A stretch of DNA of 64,000 nucleotides from positions 280,047 to 344,046 of the forward strand of contig CAVROQ010000012.1 in the NCBI GenBank assembly GCA_963722805.1. Direction: 5' to 3'. The position numbers were made by a program, and so were the translations under genes. The notes beneath the pieces are model-generated. The model was not told where the DNA came from, made no database searches, and was given only the letters and a program-made list of their open reading frames with translations. Origin of the DNA: an uncultured Gammaproteobacteria bacterium. Its GTDB lineage: Bacteria; Pseudomonadota; Gammaproteobacteria; Pseudomonadales; JAHEGP01. This document shows, piece by piece, positions 10,559 to 18,929 of the stretch; positions within the stretch are counted from its first letter, which is position 1; every line of letters begins with the position of its first letter.

Positions 10559-10705
10559 GCAGTCAAAGTGTTTCGTATTTTTAATACCTATGGTCCCACA
10601 ATGTATCCGAGTGATGGCAGGGTGGTCAGCAACTTCTTACTACAAGCACTGCGCGGAGAAGATATTACGGTCTACGGCGAGGAACAAACAAGAGCCTTCT
10701 GTCCT
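10559..10705 (+). pseudogene. Internal fragment of a UDP-glucuronate decarboxylase / NAD-dependent epimerase-dehydratase gene
   Basis: [47 protein letters not shown] matches the conserved mid-region of UXS/ArnA-C-type enzymes ([10 protein letters not shown]...DGRVVSNF...YGDGSQTRSFC). No N-terminal Rossmann part or C-terminus is present. Confidence 0.7.
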
Positions 10706-10796
10706 GAGGAAGGGGCGCCATCGCAGGCCCGGCTTGTTTTGACTGACTCCATGACATCTTGATTGTGCTTTGCTGCTCCCTTTGAGGAAGCAGCAG

Positions 10797-10931
10797 GGCG
10801 GCAATGGCTATATGAGCGAATACAGGGTGGAGCAGCTGGCACGGGACGCGAAAATACTGCAGATTTACGGTGGCACCGATGAAATCCAGATAACCCATGT
10901 CGCACGAGACTTGTTGCAGCGGGGCGCCTAG
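10797..10931 (+). pseudogene. Orphan duplicate of the last 44 codons plus stop of the acyl-CoA dehydrogenase gene
   Basis: Aligns without gaps to 4825-4959 with 6 mismatches in 135 nt. It encodes the identical peptide [44 protein letters not shown]. Homology stops abruptly at about 10796. Confidence 0.85.
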
Positions 10932-10952
10932 AGCCTCGGGACCGCGACCACT

Positions 10953-12731
10953 CTACCCTCTGGGAGTGTTGCCTTGTTCTGCATCAGCTTGTGCTTGTTC
11001 TTCCATTGAGGCGGGCAGCGATGTTCTTCGTGGGCGTCTCAGTTTGCCAAGCCAACGCCAAAGGGCGCCACCGGGGGCCTCGAGACCTGAGCGCACATAG
11101 CGCTCGACATTTCTGTTATCGGCGATCCAGCGTATAAATATTTCGGCCTGACCTTGCCCACCGAGCAAAACCTCATCACCCACTTGCAGAGGGACTTGTG
11201 GCTCAGGAAGCAATATATATTCATCGCCGCGTTTGATCATAAGCGGCAGCACGGCCAGATCGCGATCGCGATTGCGTGGATCACGACACAAAAAACCCAC
11301 TCTTACCAGGCGCTGTCGTTGCAGGGCAGCGTAAATCGCCGGCGCGTTTTCCGGCGTTACATTAACCGTCCAGATATCCAGCGGTCGCTCTTCAATAATG
11401 GCGCTGATCCGCTGCAATAAATCGCGGGTCCAGGCCTCGTCCTGCAAGCGCAATAGACCGACGAACTCGATCATCAGCGGGGTTTTTATCAGGACGAAAA
11501 TTTCGTCGGCAATGATGCGCCCGGGCTCCATGATCATATTGATGTTGGCAGCCCTGAATACCGGCTTGTTGGCGTCCAGGTTCTGGCGCGCGACGGTAAT
11601 CAAATCGGGCTTGAGATTGCGGGCGGTAATGATAATCGACAGGTTGTCCGCATCGTCATCGGTGCCGGCAATAATGCCTACCGAGTTCATGATGCCCGCG
11701 AGCAAGAGTGTCTCAGCCTCCGTGCCGACCTCCTTGATGGTTCCTGCCGGGGCGTTGTGCAAGCTGGGATGAGGGTCGATAAATGTCATCGAAATCTGCT
11801 GGTCCTTGCAGGCCACCTCCAGGGCCTTGCCAAAACGCCCATAGCCGCACACAACCCAATGTCCTTCGGTAACCTGGTAAGGCGACGGCAGCACCTTGTG
11901 GTGAGGGTTGAAGATCAGATCCTTGACGATAAAACGGTACGGCCTGGTGATAGAGTCGACGAAGAACTCAGCAAATATCCTGAAAGGGTCGATGATATGG
12001 TCGGTACCGAAGGAAGCAAGGTTTGCCGTGGTTCCCGCTGACTCGGTACGGCTAATCACCTGGCGCTCGGGAAACACCAGTTTACTGTCTATCGATACGG
12101 CGAGATTGGTGTGGTCATCGTCGGTCAGGGCGATCACGCAGGCGCAGTTTGATAGTCGCAGTCCAGCGGTGTTGAGCAGGCTGGGATCCGCCGCGTCGCC
12201 GCAGATAGCGGGCACACCGAGACCGATTTGATCGGTCTCCAGTTCTTCAATCACGCGATGATCGATGTCGATGACTACCGCTTGAAGACCCTCATCGTAA
12301 AGTTGGTGCACCAATCTGCTGCCGGTAACCCCGTAGCCGCAAACCAGGAAAAAGGGGTCACGAATGCCGCGTACTTTGCGACTGAAAGTATTGTGCTTTA
12401 TCAGGCGAATAAAGCTTTGTTCCTGGAATAGGGCGAGGATCTTGCTGATGCTGTAGAGCCATGCCACCACCGTTGCATAGATGGTATAGATAGTCCAGAA
12501 ACGTTGGCCGGTGGTGAACGGGTAGGGGATTTCACCAAAGCCGATAGTGGTACCCATAAAACTGACAAAATAGAAGGCATGGAAAAAATCCATACGCCAG
12601 GGATTACCCTGGTCGTCGACGCCGGGGATCAACACAAAACCAAGTATGGAAATAGAGTAGACAACGACAATCGTAATCATGGGCGCCCGTAAACGCCTCA
12701 GAAACAAATAAATGACATGACCGTGCTGCAT
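10953..12731 (-). CDS. Potassium channel protein (2TM pore plus two RCK/TrkA-N domains)
   Basis: Selectivity-filter-like GTTIGFGE lies between two hydrophobic helices. There are two Rossmann-type RCK starts, LVCGYGVTGSRLV and VVCGYGRFGKAL. Confidence 0.85.
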   Translation of the reverse strand: MQHGHVIYLFLRRLRAPMITIVVVYSISILGFVLIPGVDDQGNPWRMDFFHAFYFVSFMGTTIGFGEIPYPFTTGQRFWTIYTIYATVVAWLYSISKILALFQEQSFIRLIKHNTFSRKVRGIRDPFFLVCGYGVTGSRLVHQLYDEGLQAVVIDIDHRVIEELETDQIGLGVPAICGDAADPSLLNTAGLRLSNCACVIALTDDDHTNLAVSIDSKLVFPERQVISRTESAGTTANLASFGTDHIIDPFRIFAEFFVDSITRPYRFIVKDLIFNPHHKVLPSPYQVTEGHWVVCGYGRFGKALEVACKDQQISMTFIDPHPSLHNAPAGTIKEVGTEAETLLLAGIMNSVGIIAGTDDDADNLSIIITARNLKPDLITVARQNLDANKPVFRAANINMIMEPGRIIADEIFVLIKTPLMIEFVGLLRLQDEAWTRDLLQRISAIIEERPLDIWTVNVTPENAPAIYAALQRQRLVRVGFLCRDPRNRDRDLAVLPLMIKRGDEYILLPEPQVPLQVGDEVLLGGQGQAEIFIRWIADNRNVERYVRSGLEAPGGALWRWLGKLRRPRRTSLPASMEEQAQADAEQGNTPRG

Positions 12732-12818
12732 CAGTATCTGGTCTGGCTAATCACGAGGTGACGGGGAATATAGGACAGGACGGGAGGGTGCCTGTGGATG
12801 ACGTGACCAGGAGCCACG

Positions 12819-13202
12819 CTAGTGCCTGACCATCATGGTTTCAAGGATCAGTAGTATCACTGATGTGATATTCGCCAACAGGGCTCCGGCAGACAATGAA
12901 ACAATGCTGGCCATCATGACCGAATCCAGTCCGGCTTCAGCGACATGATTGGCGAAAGCCCAGATCACGGCGGCGGCAATCAATTGCAGGTCTGCAACCA
13001 GACTCGTGGCCAGCAGCACCGCCCCCACATGGGTGCGATCACCGAATTTCATAATCGTGGCTATCAGACTGACAGACAGTGCCGCGAATAACTCGTAGAC
13101 GTTGTGATGATCCGGGTTGTCAATGTCCCCCAGCACAAACCCGAAGTTCAGCGTCATGGCCAGCAGGATAAAAAACGCGAAGACAACTTTTTCAGTATTC
13201 AT
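12819..13202 (-). CDS. Small integral membrane protein, unknown function
   Basis: Four hydrophobic segments, same strand as the K+ channel gene and 87 nt upstream of it. I take the start at MNTEK (13202); the track ORF starts at 13232. Confidence 0.5.
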   Translation of the reverse strand: MNTEKVVFAFFILLAMTLNFGFVLGDIDNPDHHNVYELFAALSVSLIATIMKFGDRTHVGAVLLATSLVADLQLIAAAVIWAFANHVAEAGLDSVMMASIVSLSAGALLANITSVILLILETMMVRH

Positions 13203-13436
13203 GGCCGTACGGGCACCTGTAATTTTTATCACTCAAATATAAATTTTATAGCGCCAGAGGTCAATCAGCCGGCTCTGCGTTTTACCGCTGTGTCCGAACT
13301 TCTCCTCATGCCAGAAACCTGGCTGACCGGCAGATGCGCGCTAATATTTTGCTGCGCGAAGATCAGATCGCGAGTGTGCCAGCTCCGCGTCTTTTGGTGT
13401 CTATCATTGGCGAAAGCCAAGTAGGTTAATGGCAAG

Positions 13437-14807
13437 TTAAACGTCAGCCGCTTTGGCCAAAAATTCAGCCCTCTCCGCTTGTTCCGGGATATGCTGTGCA
13501 ATTGCAGCGATACAGGCTTCTCTGTCGCCATTTTCAGCAAATGCCTTTCGCACCAGACGTCCCGCGAGGGGTCCGGCGTAAAATGCCAATAGTTTAGACA
13601 GCGACTCTAATTGTTGGTCACTCAGCGAAGCTGGTCGGGCCACCGATCCGTTGCGGGGGGCGATCGAAACAGCTGGCGGAGCCTGGTTGAAAGATCCCGT
13701 TTGCTTGATTCCACTTCGATTTAAAACCCCGATAAACTGGCTCCTCTCTGCTTCATTGGGGATATGCCGGGTTAAACTTTCGACCAATTCATCAATACTA
13801 CTGGCTGAACGGCTGGTCCTTTTCACCAATAACCGCGCCATTGGCCCCACATAGCGTGCGAGCGATTGCTCCAGCGATACCAACAATTCATCGTTCCACT
13901 GACTGGAGGAAACGCTACTGCGGGCAATCGGAGTGACTGGCTTGTGGGACTCCGGGCGCGGAAAACGAGCCACCGTAGCCATGGTGAGATCCATATCCTC
14001 GATGGATTTAAGCTCGCTAATAAACTGCCCGACCGATTGGTATCGTGCAGCGGGATCGCGCTGCAAAGCCCGGCTGAGTATCGGTCTAATAGATACAATA
14101 TTGTCGGGTGAGAGGTGTGCAACCGTCTCCAGAGCTTCCAGTGACTGCTCGAGATCTTTCTCGCGCAAGGGTCGACTGCGTGTCAACAACTCGAAAAACA
14201 GCACACCGACGCTGTAAAGATCCGAGCGCGCATCCACTTGCTGTCCGAGTAATCCCTCGGGCGACATATAGTTCGGCGTGCCTACCATGTAACCGGTGCC
14301 GGTAAGATCCGACGTATCGAGGCGAGCCACACCAAAGTCAGAGACTTTTATCTTGCCGTTCTCCAACAGGATAATATTGGCAGGCTTGATATCTCGATGG
14401 ACAATGCCTTTGTCGTGGGCGTGCTGCAACGCTTCAAGTATCTGGATAGTAATAGCAGTAGCCGAGTGAAGGGCAATAAAAGTTTCACTTTTCAAATAGG
14501 CACTGAGCTCGGTACCCTCAACGTATTCCATGACAATATAGGGAATGGCATCATTGCCAAAATCGAATATGGCTACAATATTGGGATGCAGGCAGCGAGC
14601 TGCCGCTTTTGCTTCCTGAAGAAACCGGACTTCGAGTTCAGCACCGTTATCTCCAAGACGAAGATGGTCGTGCAGAACCTTGACAGCTACCGGGCGTTCA
14701 ATCTGGGTGTCATACGCTTTGTAAACAATACCCATAGCGCCGCTACCAAGTACGGATTGAATATCGTATTTGGCAATGCGATGCGGATGGCCACCCATTA
14801 AAGTCAT
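13437..14807 (-). CDS. Hanks-type serine/threonine protein kinase with duplicated C-terminal helical module
   Basis: GSGAMGIVYKA (P-loop), AVKVL (Lys), HRDIKPANIIL (catalytic loop), DFGVA and GTPNYMSPE. No hydrophobic helix is present. Two homologous segments of about 57 aa lie in the C-terminal third. Confidence 0.9.
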   Translation of the reverse strand: MTLMGGHPHRIAKYDIQSVLGSGAMGIVYKAYDTQIERPVAVKVLHDHLRLGDNGAELEVRFLQEAKAAARCLHPNIVAIFDFGNDAIPYIVMEYVEGTELSAYLKSETFIALHSATAITIQILEALQHAHDKGIVHRDIKPANIILLENGKIKVSDFGVARLDTSDLTGTGYMVGTPNYMSPEGLLGQQVDARSDLYSVGVLFFELLTRSRPLREKDLEQSLEALETVAHLSPDNIVSIRPILSRALQRDPAARYQSVGQFISELKSIEDMDLTMATVARFPRPESHKPVTPIARSSVSSSQWNDELLVSLEQSLARYVGPMARLLVKRTSRSASSIDELVESLTRHIPNEAERSQFIGVLNRSGIKQTGSFNQAPPAVSIAPRNGSVARPASLSDQQLESLSKLLAFYAGPLAGRLVRKAFAENGDREACIAAIAQHIPEQAERAEFLAKAADV

Positions 14808-14811
14808 ACAG

Positions 14812-15690
14812 TTATGGATTCTCGTCGAGCATTTTCACAGCATTAGCCAGGCTGCGATGCATGCGGTTAAAGGATCGGCCCAGTGACGATATTTCATCTT
14901 TGCCACTAACACTCAGCTCTTCTACATCAAGTTCTCCCATGCTAACTTCATCGGCTTTTATCGACATCGCCCGGACCGGCTTGATAACGATGTAGTGTAG
15001 CAACAAATTTAATATGATCCCGATCAGAAGGAATATACCAACCAAGGCGCCCATGAAGGTGTAAAAAGTTGCCCTGGCACGTTCCAACGGCAATGACATT
15101 GGAACCGCAACGATTTGCGCACCAACGGTTTCATTGAGCTGCCACCCGAAGCCATTGCTCGAGCCATAGGTCTCGATCATGGTCGCAGGTGCCGCAGAGG
15201 GCGTACTATGGCAAACAAGGCAATCAGGATTGGTAATGGTAATGGGGCGGCTCAGGTATAACTGAGGCCCGGTGGGAGCCATGCGTTCGCCAATTAATTC
15301 ATTGCTATCTTCATGATTGCGAAACCATGAAACTATATCGGCTTCCCATTCGGTAGCACGGTCCGCCGGATTGGTTGGATTGAGTGTTGCTTCCTTGTAA
15401 CTGTAATCTTGGTGGCTGAGTTGTAATTCTTTAATATAGCGGCCAGCGGCATAGGCCGGCACTGTCTGGGGGATAAAACTCCGCCGCTGTTGTACCTTCA
15501 GCAATGGACGAATTTCATTGGCGGTATAACTGCGCACCGCGACCGCACTCTCCATCATAAGGCGGGCCATTTCCAGCACTTCTTCACGCGCATTTTGCTG
15601 CAATAACTTCTGGCTCACGAACGCCGAAATACCGAGACCCGCAAGGGTCGTTAGAATGAGTACAAGGTTAAACTTCAGGCGTAATCCCAT
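14812..15690 (-). CDS. Haem-c sensor protein (DUF3365/Tll0287-like periplasmic domain), TM helix and HAMP; no output domain
   Basis: An N-terminal TM helix is followed by a periplasmic domain with a single CLVCH haem-c motif and ADRATEWEADIV. A second TM helix is followed by a HAMP-like segment (IKPVRAMSIKADEVSMGELD...ISSLGRSFNRM), and the protein then ends. The start at ATG 15690 has GGAG upstream. The stop lies 4 nt before the kinase ATG. Confidence 0.75.
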   Translation of the reverse strand: MGLRLKFNLVLILTTLAGLGISAFVSQKLLQQNAREEVLEMARLMMESAVAVRSYTANEIRPLLKVQQRRSFIPQTVPAYAAGRYIKELQLSHQDYSYKEATLNPTNPADRATEWEADIVSWFRNHEDSNELIGERMAPTGPQLYLSRPITITNPDCLVCHSTPSAAPATMIETYGSSNGFGWQLNETVGAQIVAVPMSLPLERARATFYTFMGALVGIFLLIGIILNLLLHYIVIKPVRAMSIKADEVSMGELDVEELSVSGKDEISSLGRSFNRMHRSLANAVKMLDENP

Positions 15691-15704
15691 AAAAAATACT
15701 CCGG

Positions 15705-16631
15705 CTAAGGTGCGCTTATTCGTTGGTTGCAAAGCTGCCACACGGCGAAGGCAGCGGGAAAATGCTGAACTGAAAACTGGATTGAGCGGGCCTGGGTCAC
15801 CGGCCAAGTGGGCCAGAAGCCCAGTGAAACCGTCATCGAGCTCGCGTCTTGCAAGGCATCGGTCAAAGCCTGACGTTGCTTGACGAATTGGATCGACGTG
15901 TCTTTCACAACATTCTCCAGTTCAAAATGCTGGCCATTGTCAAGGGATAAACCGGTGTCACTGTAGCTCGTATCGATGTCAGACTGGGTTCGCAACCACC
16001 AACTGTCAGCGCTCAGGGACAGGCTGACGGGAGTTGCTCCCTGGCCATCATCGAGCTTAAGAGTCAGGGTATTAAGGCTACAGGATTGTCCCTCTCCCCT
16101 GATGATCCAGGTGTTTTCAACGGTAATGGGCAATTGCTCTAGAGAAAAGCCGGCCGCCAGAGCTGCAGTGGCTTGAACGGCGGGCTCGCCATCGCTGCTC
16201 TGCACGTCCCCCACCTCATCTGCGGCCTCCGTAATGTCAGCTTGATTTTCAGGCTCTTTTGCAAGCGGAACTGCCTCATTGACTACCTCAACGTCCGAAA
16301 CCGGGGGCGGTGCCTTTGTGACTGCGGGCGCTATTGGTTTGGGCTCGCGCTTTGGCGCCGCCGGAGTGACAATTTTTTCTCGATCGTGGGTGGCGGTTTC
16401 CAGCTCTGTGTCGATTGCCGGGACGGGTGAAGGTATCGTATCTGTTGTCGGTGATCGTTGCCTTTCATTTACCGGCGCCTCAAGCACTTTTTCAGGAGGC
16501 GCTACCACAATGCTTTGACTGGTTTTTTCTGAAGTAGTATCGGGCGGAGTTGCAGTCGTGGTGCAGGCAACCAGCAAAACCGCGTTAGCCACGGCCAAAG
16601 CCAACTGCAGTATATAGCGTTGAAATGCCAT
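15705..16631 (-). CDS. Lipoprotein with Pro/Glu/Thr-rich linker, unknown function
   Basis: Signal peptide with lipobox LLVAC, about 130 aa of low-complexity P/E/T/A linker, and a C-terminal beta-rich domain of about 150 aa. It is the first gene of the three-gene cluster ending with the kinase. Confidence 0.6.
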   Translation of the reverse strand: MAFQRYILQLALAVANAVLLVACTTTATPPDTTSEKTSQSIVVAPPEKVLEAPVNERQRSPTTDTIPSPVPAIDTELETATHDREKIVTPAAPKREPKPIAPAVTKAPPPVSDVEVVNEAVPLAKEPENQADITEAADEVGDVQSSDGEPAVQATAALAAGFSLEQLPITVENTWIIRGEGQSCSLNTLTLKLDDGQGATPVSLSLSADSWWLRTQSDIDTSYSDTGLSLDNGQHFELENVVKDTSIQFVKQRQALTDALQDASSMTVSLGFWPTWPVTQARSIQFSVQHFPAAFAVWQLCNQRISAP

Positions 16632-16723
16632 CGGGTTATCCTAATGTTGAGGCGTGTATCGGCTGAAAGAATAGGGTGATCAGTGGGATAAGTCCATTGC
16701 TATCCCGCTGCTGTCGAATGACT

Positions 16724-17968
16724 CTATGGCATTGTCGCAACCCAAAACTCACGCATGCCACGAAACGCAGGAATCGAATGATAGGCAAAACCTTTGTCGG
16801 CGTGGCGCAGGGTAGGGTAGCGATCCAACAAAGCGAGTATCGCCTCCTGAGCCTCAACCCGGGCCAGGTGCGCGCCGAGACAAAGGTGCCGGCCACCGCC
16901 AAAGGACTGGTGATGGGTGTCTTCCCGGTTGATGTCGAAAATGTCGGGATTGGCATACACCGCCGGGTCGCGGTTTGCCCCGGCCAGCGAAACACTCACC
17001 GACTCTCCCTTGGGAATAGGGCAGCCGGCCAAACTAATATCGCGATTGGGGATGCGACCTGAATTAATCACCGGCGAATCGTAGCGCAGCATTTCCTCTA
17101 CCGCGTTTTCGATAAGTCCGGGATTGACGCGCAGTTTGGCAAGTTGCTGCGGGTGATCGAGCAAGGCCTTTATGCCGTTGCCGATAAGATCGGTGGTGGT
17201 CTCGTTGCCTGCAACCAGCAACAGAAGGCATTGCAGTACGATCTCACGGGGCGACAGCTTGTCGCCGGATTCTTCGGAGCGAATCAAGGCGCCCAGCAAA
17301 TCATCCCCTGGATGTTCTCCACGAGCATCAATTTCGGACAGGAACAAGGCTTCCAGTGCTTCGGTAGCCTCGTTGCCAGCATGCTTCTGCTCCGGCGTAG
17401 GGAAGGGGTTGAAGCTGATCTGTACCACCAGATCCGACCACTGCTTGAATTGGTCGTGTCGGGAGGGATCAACACCCAGCATTTCTGCAATGACGACGGT
17501 CGGCACTGGCCCGGCGAATTGTTCGATCAAATCAAACTCAGGCGTATCAATACTGGCCAACACCCGCTGCACGATACCACGAATATGGGGTCGCCATTTT
17601 TCTACCGCGTGGCGCTTGAAAGGGCCATTCACCAGCGACCGAACCCGGCGATGTTCGGGCTCATCCATTAACAACATGGAGGGTTCGCCATCGGCGCCCA
17701 GGTTGTTAATCAACACTTCCCGCGAGAATGATCCGGGGTTGGCCTTCCGTGGATCAGTAAAAAACTCCTTGTCTCGCAATACGCTTTTGACATCGTCATG
17801 CCGGGTACAGATATAGCGGCCCAGTTGCGCGTCATGGTGCACCGGCGCGCGCTCCCGTAATTGTTTGAGAATGGAATAGGGGTCGTTGCGAAATTTTTCA
17901 TCCATCGGCATTAACTGCATGCCCTGGGGTAGCTCATGATCGTTGTTAATTGCGCTCACGGCGTTCAC
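16724..17968 (-). CDS. Cytochrome P450
   Basis: Haem-thiolate loop FGGGRHLCLGAHLAR, I-helix LLLVAGNETT and ExxR (EEMLRY). Confidence 0.9.
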   Translation of the reverse strand: MNAVSAINNDHELPQGMQLMPMDEKFRNDPYSILKQLRERAPVHHDAQLGRYICTRHDDVKSVLRDKEFFTDPRKANPGSFSREVLINNLGADGEPSMLLMDEPEHRRVRSLVNGPFKRHAVEKWRPHIRGIVQRVLASIDTPEFDLIEQFAGPVPTVVIAEMLGVDPSRHDQFKQWSDLVVQISFNPFPTPEQKHAGNEATEALEALFLSEIDARGEHPGDDLLGALIRSEESGDKLSPREIVLQCLLLLVAGNETTTDLIGNGIKALLDHPQQLAKLRVNPGLIENAVEEMLRYDSPVINSGRIPNRDISLAGCPIPKGESVSVSLAGANRDPAVYANPDIFDINREDTHHQSFGGGRHLCLGAHLARVEAQEAILALLDRYPTLRHADKGFAYHSIPAFRGMREFWVATMP

Positions 17969-18031
17969 TCCGATTTTTTTGATTGCCCAAAGCCCTATTG
18001 ACCGGGGGTGATAACTGTCCGGGACCCATTG

Positions 18032-18886
18032 CTACGTCGTTTGCCCTGTGCTGTCGGTAGCGCCTGGATTATGCCGCAAGCCATACCAATAGGTCATAAA
18101 GTCTTTGGTCAGCTCTTGCTCGATGTTGACGGCTTCCCGGGTGGGGCAGAATACAGTCACGGTCATAACATTGTGGCCAATATTGGTGGTGCCAATGCGT
18201 ACGCTGGCACCAGGACCAACCGTATTCACACCCAACCGTTTTTCGATCAAGCCACTATAGCGCTTGGCGACCTCACTGAAAGGCTCGCAACAGGTTTTGG
18301 CCTGCTGCAATAGGTAATCCTTGGCCGCAAACAAATCGCCCTCACTGGCGGGTCGGGTAATGGCAAACGAATGCGCCACATAGTGCCGCATAAAATTCAG
18401 GTTTTGCACCGGGTCGATGATAAACTGGTTGTTGGGTACTATCAGGCTCTTGCCGGTATAATCGTAGCTAAGCGAATCCATGTCAATTTCCAGCAAGGTG
18501 GTGCAGAGCCAGTCACTGCGCACGACCTGACCGGATACCGCACCAATCTTGATCCAGTCGCCGACCAAGAACAGCCGGGCAGTTGCCTGGTATATAGAAC
18601 CCAGGAAGCACTGAATAAACTCGCGTGTAGCGACCACAAAGGCAACTGCGAAAGCGGCTATCGATAATGCCACATAACGCAGTTCAGTCAGCCATATAAT
18701 AATCAAGCCCAGTGCAATCAACAGGTTGCTGAGATTTTTTACACTGTTGATCCAGCGTTGGGGTGACGCCTCTTCGTCGTCGGGCAGGCGTGCAAGATGT
18801 CGCAGCAATAGCCAGCGCAATAGCAAGATCAGCGTCACAAATACTAAGGACGCTAGCAATTTGTGCTCTAGTAGAACATCGTACAT
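18032..18886 (-). CDS. Mechanosensitive ion channel (MscS family)
   Basis: MscS beta-domain signature LFLVGDWIKIGAVSGQVVRSDWLCTTLLEID follows three hydrophobic helices. The start is at ATG 18886 (GGAG upstream). The longer track ORF would overlap the upstream gene. Confidence 0.8.
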   Translation of the reverse strand: MYDVLLEHKLLASLVFVTLILLLRWLLLRHLARLPDDEEASPQRWINSVKNLSNLLIALGLIIIWLTELRYVALSIAAFAVAFVVATREFIQCFLGSIYQATARLFLVGDWIKIGAVSGQVVRSDWLCTTLLEIDMDSLSYDYTGKSLIVPNNQFIIDPVQNLNFMRHYVAHSFAITRPASEGDLFAAKDYLLQQAKTCCEPFSEVAKRYSGLIEKRLGVNTVGPGASVRIGTTNIGHNVMTVTVFCPTREAVNIEQELTKDFMTYWYGLRHNPGATDSTGQTT

Positions 18887-18929
18887 ACCGTCTCCATCTC
18901 TGTAATCTTGGCAGCCCCAGGGGAGTAAG

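Noticed and set aside
10568-10762. The track ORF treated as an intact 64-aa gene
   Set aside because: Only its first 45 codons or so resemble a decarboxylase, and they correspond to the middle of a roughly 315-aa enzyme. I report it as a gene fragment instead.
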